Assembly (NCBI GenBank): GCA_050246755.1
Contig: JBFWVL010000002.1
Location: forward strand, 128,001-192,000
Direction of reading: 5' to 3'
Source of the DNA: Bacteriovoracia bacterium
GTDB lineage: Bacteria > Bdellovibrionota > UBA1018 > CAIPTA01
DNA: 64,000 bases
Of the stretch, positions 17,636 through 26,731 are shown in pieces (the stretch's first letter is position 1; every line of letters begins with the position of its first letter). Position numbers and translations under genes: made by a program. Below the pieces are notes generated by a model, which had not been told where the DNA came from, did no database searches, and was given only the letters and a program-made list of their open reading frames with translations.

Positions 17636-18665
17636 TCGCTGCCGTACCAAGCAATATTCCCGCGAGCGCCCAGCGTTGGAAGGCCTCGTCTTGGGTGCGC
17701 CACTGCCAGAGAATCGCCGGCACGAAGGCCATCGGTAAATCGGTCACCAGCATCCATACCGAATTGTGCCGGCCTATTTTTTCCGGCTTATCCCAACCGA
17801 GGCGGCCCACCGCGATCGTCACGAATACTCCGTACCAATAGCCGAGCGCCGCGAGCGCGGGCCACCATGCCCAAGCCGTTCCGCCGAGGGCGGCTTCAAG
17901 GCCGAAAAAGCCCAGTAAGGAAAAAATAGTAGCCGCGGGGTGAGGCCGGAGGCTTCCCAAAATAAAGGAGAGGCCGAGCACCAAAAAGCTCGCGCCGGCC
18001 ACCGCCGCGCTTAAGTGCAGGGTACTCTGCGCCCACCAGGCGAGGTTGGGTTCCCAGCCCACGGCGAGCGCTTTGGCGGCCGTTAAGCCAAGGACGAACC
18101 AGAATACCGTGCGCGGCGCCTCGCTGCATTCTTCGTGGGCGGGAAGGATCGCTTCCACGCGGCGGTACAAGCTGCACTGAAAAAATAGAAAGACCGCGTT
18201 TAGCGTGGCCAGCGCGAGGATGGCTTCCACCGGGCCGAGCGGAAGGAGCGCGTAGCCCACGAAGGGCCCGAGGATCATGCCGAGTCCGCCGATGCCGAGA
18301 AGCTTTGCCACGGACGCCCGGAACGCGGCCGGTTCGGGGGCCAGTAAGCGCAGAAAGCCGAACGTGGAGAGGGTGCCTTGTGCCAGCGCGATTCCTTCGA
18401 GGGAGCGGCCTACCCAAGGATAATGGGGAAGCAAGGCCACGGCGGCGAGCGCGATACACTGCACGATCAGCGCTAGGGTGAGAGCCCTCCCGCTGCCCAC
18501 GCGATCGTTCACGAACCCAGCCGGGACGAGCCAGAGTAATTTGCAAAGCAGAAAAGCGGTAAAGGCCCAACCCGCGATGTCTTCATTCAAATGGGGAACG
18601 ATCGGGAGCAGTACCCCGTAGGTAAAATTAAAGAGAAAGGAGAGGGCGAAGAGAAAAGATAGCAA
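17574..18665 (-). CDS. MFS transporter
   Basis: Multiple TM helices; motif A GFVNDRVGSG; GPFVG. Confidence 0.8.
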   Translation of the reverse strand: MLSFLFALSFLFNFTYGVLLPIVPHLNEDIAGWAFTAFLLCKLLWLVPAGFVNDRVGSGRALTLALIVQCIALAAVALLPHYPWVGRSLEGIALAQGTLSTFGFLRLLAPEPAAFRASVAKLLGIGGLGMILGPFVGYALLPLGPVEAILALATLNAVFLFFQCSLYRRVEAILPAHEECSEAPRTVFWFVLGLTAAKALAVGWEPNLAWWAQSTLHLSAAVAGASFLVLGLSFILGSLRPHPAATIFSLLGFFGLEAALGGTAWAWWPALAALGYWYGVFVTIAVGRLGWDKPEKIGRHNSVWMLVTDLPMAFVPAILWQWRTQDEAFQRWALAGILLGTAAISLWRGLAQDSRAPTQNSRA

Positions 18666-18668
18666 TAG

Positions 18669-19442
18669 CTAGTCCTTCACGGGCTTGCGTAAATTCTCTT
18701 GGGTGAAAATCGAGTCGGGGATCGCTTCGTCGAAGGCCACTTCGTCGTATTTCAGGATAGTACGCGAATCGCCTTTTTTTAGATTGCGCATCACGAGCTC
18801 AGTCGGAATGGTTCGGACGCCGAAGGTCTTTACGTCTTTGCCTTCCATTACTTTGAGGAGCTCGCCGTTCTCGCTATAAAATTCCTGCTTGAGCGGAACG
18901 CCGTCTCCCGCGCGCACCCAGGCGACTACTTTTCCCCAAACCACCGGCGCATTGGGCTTGGGCACGCATTCGATTTTTACGGCGTCGAAGGCCTCGTATT
19001 TTTCGCGGCCCAATAGTTTGTGGGTATAGTCGCGGGTGAGCGAGCTGGTTTTTACGAGGTCGTCGTTGGTGAAATCGGATCCCATCCAGCTTTGGAGCAT
19101 GAGGCTGGGCGGAATTTTGATGATGCGTTCCACGTTGGGCAGGTATTGCCAGAGGTTGAGATCGATGCGCAAATTGCCCGAATCCCGGTCCTTGGAGGGA
19201 GAAAGCACTTTCACGAAAGACTTTTCGCGGCCGATCGACCAGTTGCGCAGCACCAAGGTACGCTTGGCCCCGCTATGCTCCACCGTCATGGTCATTTTCC
19301 CGCGGAAACTTTTTCCGCGCAGGTGATTTTCGGATTTTTCAATCAGCGCATCCGCGTCGTCGGCGGAAGTTTTTTTTGCTTTGGCGGAAGCTTCCAGCGG
19401 CAGAAGAAAAGTTAGGGCTAGGACAAGAGCTAGATTTTTCAT
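18669..19442 (-). CDS. outer membrane lipoprotein-sorting (LolA-like) protein
   Basis: Signal peptide; WQYLPNVERIIKI, SWMGSDFTNDD, IPDSIFT; ATGA overlap with the permease. Confidence 0.88.
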   Translation of the reverse strand: MKNLALVLALTFLLPLEASAKAKKTSADDADALIEKSENHLRGKSFRGKMTMTVEHSGAKRTLVLRNWSIGREKSFVKVLSPSKDRDSGNLRIDLNLWQYLPNVERIIKIPPSLMLQSWMGSDFTNDDLVKTSSLTRDYTHKLLGREKYEAFDAVKIECVPKPNAPVVWGKVVAWVRAGDGVPLKQEFYSENGELLKVMEGKDVKTFGVRTIPTELVMRNLKKGDSRTILKYDEVAFDEAIPDSIFTQENLRKPVKD

Positions 19443-20665
19443 ACGGATCGCATTGCCTCCACGGGTTTCAGCATCGAAGCGCGCCAAGCGGGATAGAGCC
19501 CGGCCAGCACGATAAAGCCCATCATGGTACCGACGGACTTCAGGAACGGAACAAATTTAAAAACGGGATAGATCGTTAGATCCAAACGGAACTGGTCGAG
19601 CGAAGAATGATCGCCGAGGAAAGGTTTTAGGTCGAAACCATATTTTTGGTGGTAGGCCACCACTGCGGCCCCTAGTAAAACGCCGGCTACGCTGGCCACG
19701 AAACCGAGCACCAGGCTTTCGAGCACCACGAGGGCGCGCAGCTGCCAGGGCGTGGTGCCGAGGGCGATCATCACGCCGAATTCCCGGGTGCGCTCAAACA
19801 CGCTCATCAGTAAGGTATTCACTATGCCGAGCGTGATCACGATGAAGAGCATGGAAGAAATCATCACCAGCGTGGCTTCGTTGTATTTCACCATGGTGGC
19901 CATGCCGGGCAAGCTTTCCCGCCAGGTGGTAACCTTCACTCCAGCCGGAACCGACTTAGAGAGTAAATCGCGGATCTCGAATTCTTTGGCGATATCTGGA
20001 ATCCGGATCGCGAGCTCGTGAATTCCCTGGATCGCGCCTACCTTCGCCACGCAGGTTAGGGGAGCGAAGGCGTAAGACTTATCAAAGTCCGGCGAGCCGG
20101 AATCGTAGATGCCTTTCACGCGAAAGAGCTCATTGCCGAGCGTTCCGTCGGCTGCTTGGGCAAGAATTACGATCTTATTTCCCACTTGAACTTTCAGCAG
20201 GTCCGATAGTTTACGGCCGATATAGATCTGCCGCGATTCGCAATCGGGATTTGGATCGCTCACCAAGTATTCGCCTTGCGCTAAATTTTGTTTAACGTTA
20301 GTCACGCGCGCTTCCGCTTCGGGTTCGATGCCTTCGAGTTGAATGGGCACGGACTGCTCTCCGCTCGAGACGAGGGCCGGCAAGTGAATGCGCTGGGCGG
20401 CAAACGTGCCTTCGGGCAGCGCGGGAGTCACGGCCGGAAAGGAAAACTGAATAAGCCGGTCTTTCAGGTAGTCTTCCCGGAAGAGCTGGATATTTCCGGT
20501 GTAGGTGGTGGTGATGGATTCGATAATATGCTTATTACGGCCGGCGAGCACGCATTGCAGCCATAGGATTACGGCCAGGCCGAACGCGATCGTGAGCATG
20601 GTGATGATGGTGCGGCGTAAGTTGCGAAACAAATTGCGCGCGGCGATACGTAGCAAGAGCGGCAT
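19439..20665 (-). CDS. ABC transporter permease (FtsX/LolE-like)
   Basis: ARNLFRNLRRT, SVFERTREFGVMIALG, YPAWRAS..KPVEAMR. Confidence 0.93.
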   Translation of the reverse strand: MPLLLRIAARNLFRNLRRTIITMLTIAFGLAVILWLQCVLAGRNKHIIESITTTYTGNIQLFREDYLKDRLIQFSFPAVTPALPEGTFAAQRIHLPALVSSGEQSVPIQLEGIEPEAEARVTNVKQNLAQGEYLVSDPNPDCESRQIYIGRKLSDLLKVQVGNKIVILAQAADGTLGNELFRVKGIYDSGSPDFDKSYAFAPLTCVAKVGAIQGIHELAIRIPDIAKEFEIRDLLSKSVPAGVKVTTWRESLPGMATMVKYNEATLVMISSMLFIVITLGIVNTLLMSVFERTREFGVMIALGTTPWQLRALVVLESLVLGFVASVAGVLLGAAVVAYHQKYGFDLKPFLGDHSSLDQFRLDLTIYPVFKFVPFLKSVGTMMGFIVLAGLYPAWRASMLKPVEAMRSV

Positions 20666-20753
20666 AGGCCGTTCAGTATATAGGTTTATGCTTGGCCGTC
20701 AATCGCGAGCTTTCCGCTTGGCGCGAACCCGCGGCGGCGCTACACTGACGCCA

Positions 20754-21458
20754 ATGACGGAGAAAAATAACCAGCCCGTATTAAAATTTCTTAATGTGGA
20801 AAAAATATTTCCGGGCGCGCCGCCCGTGCACGCGTTAAATAAAGTTTCTCTAGAAATCAAGCGCGGTGATTTTGCCGCGCTGATCGGTCCCTCTGGTAGC
20901 GGAAAATCCACGATGTTGAATCTCGCCGCCGGGCTCGATGTGCCCACGCATGGCACCGTGGAAATCGGCGGCCAGGACGTGAGTCGCCTCAGCCAAAACG
21001 AGCTTTGCCGCGTGCGCCGCGAGCGGCTGGGTTTTATTTTCCAGAGTTATAATCTTTTTCCCGTGCTCACCGCCGTGGAAAATGCCGAGTATACCTGCGT
21101 GATGCGCGGAGACAATCGCCAGCTGGCGAGGGAACGCGCGCTCCGCGCGCTCGAAGCCGTCGGGTTGGGGGATAAGCCGAATCGCTATCCTACCGAATTA
21201 TCCGGCGGGCAGCAGCAGCGCGTGGCCGTGGCGAGAGCGCTCACTACGGAGCCAGATTTTATCTTGGCCGACGAGCCCACCGCGAACCTGGATTCCAAGA
21301 CCGCGCTGCAGCTAATTGAACTTTTCGAGGAGCTGAATCGCTCCCTCGGAGTTACGTTTCTATTTTCCACCCACGATCATAATTTAGTGAATCGCGTGCG
21401 GCGCCAGCTCGAGATGCGGGACGGCGAGCTGCACGAGACCTTGCAAGCCTCCCACTAG
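20754..21458 (+). CDS. ABC transporter ATP-binding protein (LolD-like)
   Basis: GPSGSGKST, LSGGQQQRVA, ADEPTANLD, STHD. Confidence 0.95.
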   Translation: MTEKNNQPVLKFLNVEKIFPGAPPVHALNKVSLEIKRGDFAALIGPSGSGKSTMLNLAAGLDVPTHGTVEIGGQDVSRLSQNELCRVRRERLGFIFQSYNLFPVLTAVENAEYTCVMRGDNRQLARERALRALEAVGLGDKPNRYPTELSGGQQQRVAVARALTTEPDFILADEPTANLDSKTALQLIELFEELNRSLGVTFLFSTHDHNLVNRVRRQLEMRDGELHETLQASH

Positions 21459-22864
21459 AGGCCCCAGCGTTCCGGGACCGGCAAGTTAGGATCGGATTTA
21501 TATTTTTTTTCGGTCCAGACACTCAGGGCCTGGCCGATCGTATAAGGTGCGCCGCGGATGTTCAGGAGCGTAACTTTTCTCGCGTCGTCGAGCGCGGCCT
21601 GGCAACCGGGGCTACACATGCCGTCTTCGTAGAGACTTTCCATCTCGCCTACCAGTCTTCCTACGGCGGCGTCACGGGAAGGAGTGCTCCAGGTTTCCCA
21701 GGAAGCGCTGCCTTCGGGACAGCCACGCTGGTTCAAGCAGAAGTCGAAGCCGTCTTCCACGATTTTCACTCGGGCGGTAAGGCGCTCCTTGAGTAATTTT
21801 ACCTTTTCCTTCATCACGGCGGCTGAGTCCGGCTTCCAGTCGGGAATGATTTTTTTGGTCACGGCGGCTACGAAGGAATCAAAGCCTTGCACGAATTTTG
21901 GATCATACTGCTCGAGGGAATAGAAAGGCATTTCGTGGGCCGCGGCCACCGACCAGTTCTCGCCCGATTTTACCGCCCAGCGGAAACGTAGGAGGCCGGA
22001 TAAGTTTTCGCTGGGTGGCGCTCCCCAATCGAGCATTCCATACTCGGCCAGCTCTCGCACTTCTCGCGGCACATTGGAGGCTAGTACCCGGAGAGGAGAG
22101 GGGTGGTTGGAGGCTTTGATTTCGTGCAGCCATTCCGTGTGGCCGGTCTCGGCATTATAGAGGTGGATGAAAATAGTGCCCGGCAGAGTAGCCTCGCGGC
22201 TGATCTTCACGGGATAGAGATCTTTCATCAAAGAATGAGTGTAGGTATTGCGCAATAAATATTCCAGGGCGGCCCGGAAGCGCGCGTCGTCCTGCCAGTT
22301 GGTTGCCGTAGGCAACGCGGCCCACTGGGGCAGCAAGGTTTCGTTGGTGAAAAGGTCTTCGCTCACCGACAAATGATTGGCCGCCGGCAGCCCGTTTATG
22401 CGCGCGAAGATCCAGCGGAAGGCGTAGGCTGCGTCCGCACAATCGGTGGAGATTCCGTAGGTGCGAAAAAAAACCGCGTCGGTTTCGTCGGCTACCCACG
22501 CCGCGAATTTTTGTTCCCAGGCCCAGCTCCAGGCTTGCGTTACCGGCCAAATTTCTCCATCGAGAACCCGCGCTTTTTTCCCCGTTTGCACGAGCAGTAA
22601 CGGAGGCTTTCCGGGCGTAAAGCCTAAGGTCAGCTCCTCAAAGCGGGATTTGGCCCTCGCGCTATCGGCAAAGCTCTGGTGTTCGGCGAGGTCCTGGTAG
22701 AGCCCCGGTTTCTTTTCAAAGCGATCGAGTTCGTAAACCCCCGATTCCGCATGCAGCACCCAGAAGGTGAGCGTGCCGTCGGGCAAAGTGTGCCAGCGCA
22801 CCACCTCGTTGGCGAATGCGGGAATCGAAGCAAAGAAAAATAACAGTAAGGTACAGAAACGCAT
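21455..22864 (-). CDS. secreted hypothetical protein, possible Cys-His hydrolase
   Basis: Signal peptide; TDCADAAY and GHT segments; Trp-rich. Confidence 0.75.
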   Translation of the reverse strand: MRFCTLLLFFFASIPAFANEVVRWHTLPDGTLTFWVLHAESGVYELDRFEKKPGLYQDLAEHQSFADSARAKSRFEELTLGFTPGKPPLLLVQTGKKARVLDGEIWPVTQAWSWAWEQKFAAWVADETDAVFFRTYGISTDCADAAYAFRWIFARINGLPAANHLSVSEDLFTNETLLPQWAALPTATNWQDDARFRAALEYLLRNTYTHSLMKDLYPVKISREATLPGTIFIHLYNAETGHTEWLHEIKASNHPSPLRVLASNVPREVRELAEYGMLDWGAPPSENLSGLLRFRWAVKSGENWSVAAAHEMPFYSLEQYDPKFVQGFDSFVAAVTKKIIPDWKPDSAAVMKEKVKLLKERLTARVKIVEDGFDFCLNQRGCPEGSASWETWSTPSRDAAVGRLVGEMESLYEDGMCSPGCQAALDDARKVTLLNIRGAPYTIGQALSVWTEKKYKSDPNLPVPERWGL

Positions 22865-22951
22865 AAGGGTTCTCCTCGCCACACTGATCGGAAGATTCGG
22901 TGCGCGGGAAGAACCCTAAATGGAGAAAAAAGAAACGGAGCCGTGTAAGCT

Positions 22952-23281
22952 TTACTGCTTACAGTGTGTGAGTTCGCCGTTCTCGAATTCGAAGCGCAAC
23001 CCGTTCAGGGTAAGCATCTCGGTGGCACCGGTGGTAGCTACGGTGCCGAGGCCGCGTACGGTAGATTCGATGAGCGGAGAATTCTTATCGCCCGGGTTCT
23101 GGCGATAGTGAAGTACCGCTTCGATGAAAGGGGCACGCAAGCTGCCGCCGATGGAAACGGTTTCGATCTTGTAGGTATTTTCTACGCCTTCGCTGCTCTG
23201 GCAGCGATAGGTACCGTCGCTATAGGCGAAAGCGGAGGTGGATACGGACAGGGATAGTGCGAGTAATAGCAAAGTTTTCAT
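22952..23281 (-). CDS. small secreted hypothetical protein
   Basis: Signal peptide ending AFA; SD AAGGA; two Cys. Confidence 0.75.
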   Translation of the reverse strand: MKTLLLLALSLSVSTSAFAYSDGTYRCQSSEGVENTYKIETVSIGGSLRAPFIEAVLHYRQNPGDKNSPLIESTVRGLGTVATTGATEMLTLNGLRFEFENGELTHCKQ

Positions 23282-23302
23282 TCTCAGGTCCTTTCGTTAC
23301 GG

Positions 23303-24346
23303 TTAAAGCTTCTTCCAGAGCTGGGCGGCAAAGGATAGCCCTCCACCCACGCTCATGAAAAAGATGAGGTCATTTTTCTTAAATCGTTTCTGTTCCAGCG
23401 CATGGGCCAGGCTAAATAATACCGAAGTACCACCGAGATTGCCGAATTTATCCGCGTCCCAGATCAATTCTCCGGCGAGCCCAGTTTCTTTGATCACTTC
23501 CTCTGAAAGCATGCGGTTTACTTGGTGGGAGATGATCCATTTCACCGCGGCCCGATCTTTTTTGGTGGGGAGAACCGCATGAATCATCTCGAGGTAACGT
23601 TTCTTCGCGTGGTCTTTTAGTTGGCTGGCGTCTCCCGTGAGCGAAAACCCATTTTCGGCCAAGGCTTCGGCCGTGGGCGGAAGGTCTCCGGGAGTGGTAT
23701 AGAGATCCACTAATTTTCCATCGGTGGAATATACGCTCTTTAAAATTTTATAGTCGCCCTTGGTTTTTGCTTTGCGTAATCCTATCGCCGCGCCGGCATC
23801 GGCCAGGCCGAACCAAGTATCGCGCACGCCGGGATGCACCACTTTTGAGAGCGTTTCGGCACAGGAAACTAAAACCGAATCGTAACCTTGGCTGAGCAAG
23901 GCTTGGCTCAGGTGCAACGTAGCGAGGGAGGTGGAGCAGCCGGCCTTCAATTCGTAGGCGGGAATCTCCATATTGAATTTTGCCAGCACCGAGGTGGCTT
24001 GGGAGCCGGTATAGCGGCGCGTGGTGGTGGAGCCGAGGAGAAAAGCCTCGGGCTTAAATTTAGGATTTTTTGCGAGGAGATGGCCCACGGCTTTCCCCGC
24101 CAAGGATTCCGAGCTTTCTTCGTTGGCGTGATCCGCTTTGCTCCAGGGTTTTCGCGTCATGTGCCGCTGCTCGAAACCGTAGGCGCGGGCCACGCGTTTC
24201 CCGAGCTCTTGCAAAAGTGCCTCAGGCTTATCGCTGGTATCGGGGTGGTGCTTCAGTAATTCCGCATTAGAGAGCGGCGCACCATCCGGCCATGCGCGCC
24301 CAACGCCCTCTACTTTTACGATTAAGTTTGGCTTCAGCACTTTCAT
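23303..24346 (-). CDS. 3-oxoacyl-ACP synthase III (FabH-like) family protein, divergent
   Basis: Cys-His-Asn triad in AGCSTS, SHQVN, GNLGGTS; GGGLS. Start at 24346 or 24364. Confidence 0.88.
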   Translation of the reverse strand: MKVLKPNLIVKVEGVGRAWPDGAPLSNAELLKHHPDTSDKPEALLQELGKRVARAYGFEQRHMTRKPWSKADHANEESSESLAGKAVGHLLAKNPKFKPEAFLLGSTTTRRYTGSQATSVLAKFNMEIPAYELKAGCSTSLATLHLSQALLSQGYDSVLVSCAETLSKVVHPGVRDTWFGLADAGAAIGLRKAKTKGDYKILKSVYSTDGKLVDLYTTPGDLPPTAEALAENGFSLTGDASQLKDHAKKRYLEMIHAVLPTKKDRAAVKWIISHQVNRMLSEEVIKETGLAGELIWDADKFGNLGGTSVLFSLAHALEQKRFKKNDLIFFMSVGGGLSFAAQLWKKL

Positions 24347-24362
24347 GACGGAAAATCCTTTC

Positions 24363-25661
24363 ATGGAAATTTTAGGCTCTGCCGCTAATGAATTGCCAGC
24401 CCTGATCGGTACCTGGGGCACAACATCCTATGGTGAGCTCCGATCGCTAGTAGAGCACAAGAAAAGCCTGTCACGCAACCGCAGCGACACGCCGCTTCTC
24501 GCTTCCCATCCCACTCCTGAATTCATTGCCTCCCTTTTAGCGTACTTGAGCGAAGGAATTCCGGTGGCGCTGGTTGCCCCCGAGCTTTCGGAAGGAGAGC
24601 TCGCGCAGAGGAGAAAAATTCTCCAGACCAAACCGCATCCCGATTGCGCCCTGATCGTATTTACCTCCGGCAGCACCGGGAATCCCAAAGCCGTGCAGCT
24701 TTCCGCCGCCAACTTAGAGGCCAATACCGAAGCCGTGATCGACTCCCTCGAATTCGCGCGCGCTCCCGAGCAAAAACTTTTTCTCTCTCTTTCTTACTCC
24801 TATGGGTTATTTGGGCAATTGTTGCCCGCGCTTCGCTTGGGAATTCCCACTACGATCCTGACCCGTTTCGCCGATGCCCGAGGTGAATTCGTGGAGGGCC
24901 GTGGCGCGGGCATGTGGAGCGGGGTACCTTCGCACTGGGAAGCCTTGCTGCGGGTGACCACTCCCGAACAATGCGAAGGAGTTACCCACGTGATCTCGGC
25001 CGGCGCCGCTTTGCCGCTGAGCTTGCGCGAGCGGCTCAAAGCGCATTTCCGCAACGCCACGATTTACAATAATTATGGCCTCACCGAAGCTTCGCCCCGC
25101 GTGCTGAGTTTTTCCTCCAAACACCCGCGCTTCTTCGAGGAAGATACCGTGGGATTGCCGGTGAAATTTTTGAAGGTAAAAGAGGGAGAGGGCGGAGAGC
25201 TCGAGGTGAAGGGCTGGCAGGTGATGCTCGGCTACCTCGGCGACGAAAAAGAAACCGCCGAAAAATTACGGAGCGGCTGGCTGCGCTCCGGCGACGTGGT
25301 GCATATCGACGCCGACGGCCTCGTGCATATCGTGGGCCGGCTCGATGATTTATTTAATATCGGCGGCGAGCGCGCGAGCCCGCTCGAGATCGATGCCGCG
25401 CTCCTGCATATTCCCGGAGTGAAAGAGGGCGCCGTGCTGGTGGAGAAGCATCCGATCTACGGCAGCCAGCTCATTGCTTTTCTCGTTGGTGAAAATATTC
25501 CTCCTAAGAAAGAAATTTTGGAAAAATTACGGCAGCATCTTTCTGGGCACAAAGTTCCGCTCGAGTACCGAATAGTAGAAGCCTTGCCGCGCACGCCGAA
25601 TGGGAAATTGCGGCGTAAGGGCTTGGTGGAGATGAAGGAACAAAGCAGAAAGATAGGGTAG
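24363..25661 (+). CDS. class I adenylate-forming enzyme (acyl-CoA/acyl-ACP ligase-like)
   Basis: FTSGSTGNPK, YGLTEA, SGD, GRLDD, PRTPNGK. Start at 24363 or 24345. Confidence 0.92.
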   Translation: MEILGSAANELPALIGTWGTTSYGELRSLVEHKKSLSRNRSDTPLLASHPTPEFIASLLAYLSEGIPVALVAPELSEGELAQRRKILQTKPHPDCALIVFTSGSTGNPKAVQLSAANLEANTEAVIDSLEFARAPEQKLFLSLSYSYGLFGQLLPALRLGIPTTILTRFADARGEFVEGRGAGMWSGVPSHWEALLRVTTPEQCEGVTHVISAGAALPLSLRERLKAHFRNATIYNNYGLTEASPRVLSFSSKHPRFFEEDTVGLPVKFLKVKEGEGGELEVKGWQVMLGYLGDEKETAEKLRSGWLRSGDVVHIDADGLVHIVGRLDDLFNIGGERASPLEIDAALLHIPGVKEGAVLVEKHPIYGSQLIAFLVGENIPPKKEILEKLRQHLSGHKVPLEYRIVEALPRTPNGKLRRKGLVEMKEQSRKIG

Positions 25662-25742
25662 AGGCTACTTAGGCCAGCACCTGCGTCATCTCTAGGGCGC
25701 CACGTCTAGGCAAGCCCGCCTTTCCATGGAATAATCCGTGGC

Positions 25743-25988
25743 ATGCAGCAGCAAGATTTTCAAAATAGAATTCGTAAATCCCTCCTCGGCCTGGGGCTTT
25801 CTTCGCTTCCGGATTCTTCCGAGGAGGCGCTCGCCGATCATGGCCTCGATAGCCTGATGATGGTGTTGGCGGTAGCTCAGTTCGAAAAAGAATTTTCCGT
25901 AAAAATTCCGGGTGATTTGGTGGAAGAAGAAAATTTCTCCACGATCTCCAAGTTGGAGACCATGCTCCGCCAGGCGGGGGCGAAATGA
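25743..25988 (+). CDS. acyl carrier protein
   Basis: 81 aa, acidic, GLDSL phosphopantetheine site, EKEFSVKI. Confidence 0.9.
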   Translation: MQQQDFQNRIRKSLLGLGLSSLPDSSEEALADHGLDSLMMVLAVAQFEKEFSVKIPGDLVEEENFSTISKLETMLRQAGAK

Positions 25989-26731
25989 AGCTCCTGATCA
26001 CCGGAGGATCTTCGGAGATTGCGATGGCGCTCGCGAGCCGCCGCGTGCAGGCGGGCGACGAGGTATGGATCACCGCCTCTTCCGCCGATTCTTTGAAAGA
26101 GACTCTCGCCGAGTACGAAAAAGAAAATACCAAAGTGCGGGGCATGGTTTTTAACCTCGGCAGCCCTGCGCAATCCGAAAGCGAAGCTGCTTTCGCGGAA
26201 TTCGACTCCGTGGTGCTCAATGCCGCCACCCGCACGATTAAGCTCCGTAAATTCACGGAGTGGGACGAAGCCGCCGGCGCCGAGTACTTGCGTACCAATA
26301 TCGACGGCAATCTCTGGCTGCTCCAGCGCTGCATTCCTGGAATGGTGAAAAGAAAATTTGGGCGCGTGGTTTTCATCTCGAGCCTTTCGGCGGCCCAGGG
26401 CACGAGCCGCTTCGCGTTTTATTGCGCCGCCAAGAGCGCGCTCGAAGGTTTGTTTTTAAACCTCGCCGTGGACTACGGGGAAGAGAATGTATTCTTCAAT
26501 ATCGTGAGGCCGGGCGTGATCGCTACCGAGCGCACGAAGCGTTTCTGGAAGCGTTCGCATTACCTCGAAAAAGTGCAGGAGATCATTCCGGCGGTGGCGC
26601 TCGGCGCACCTTCTCAGGTGGCCGAAGCCATGGATCCGCTGTTTTCTTCTACCTCCTACATGAACGGCTCTACCATCACCGTGAGCGGAGGATTGCCGCT
26701 GCTGAGGAGCGCGGGAGTGCTCGGCGTATGA
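25985..26731 (+). CDS. SDR family oxidoreductase (FabG-like)
   Basis: LITGGSSEIA (degenerate Rossmann motif), FISS, YCAAK, PG, GSTITVSGG. Confidence 0.9.
   Translation: MKLLITGGSSEIAMALASRRVQAGDEVWITASSADSLKETLAEYEKENTKVRGMVFNLGSPAQSESEAAFAEFDSVVLNAATRTIKLRKFTEWDEAAGAEYLRTNIDGNLWLLQRCIPGMVKRKFGRVVFISSLSAAQGTSRFAFYCAAKSALEGLFLNLAVDYGEENVFFNIVRPGVIATERTKRFWKRSHYLEKVQEIIPAVALGAPSQVAEAMDPLFSSTSYMNGSTITVSGGLPLLRSAGVLGV

Noticed and set aside
26260-26727. N-terminal extension making the second KAS III 490 aa
   Set aside because: It overlaps the SDR in another frame; the ATGA-coupled start at 26728 gives a normal-length enzyme.
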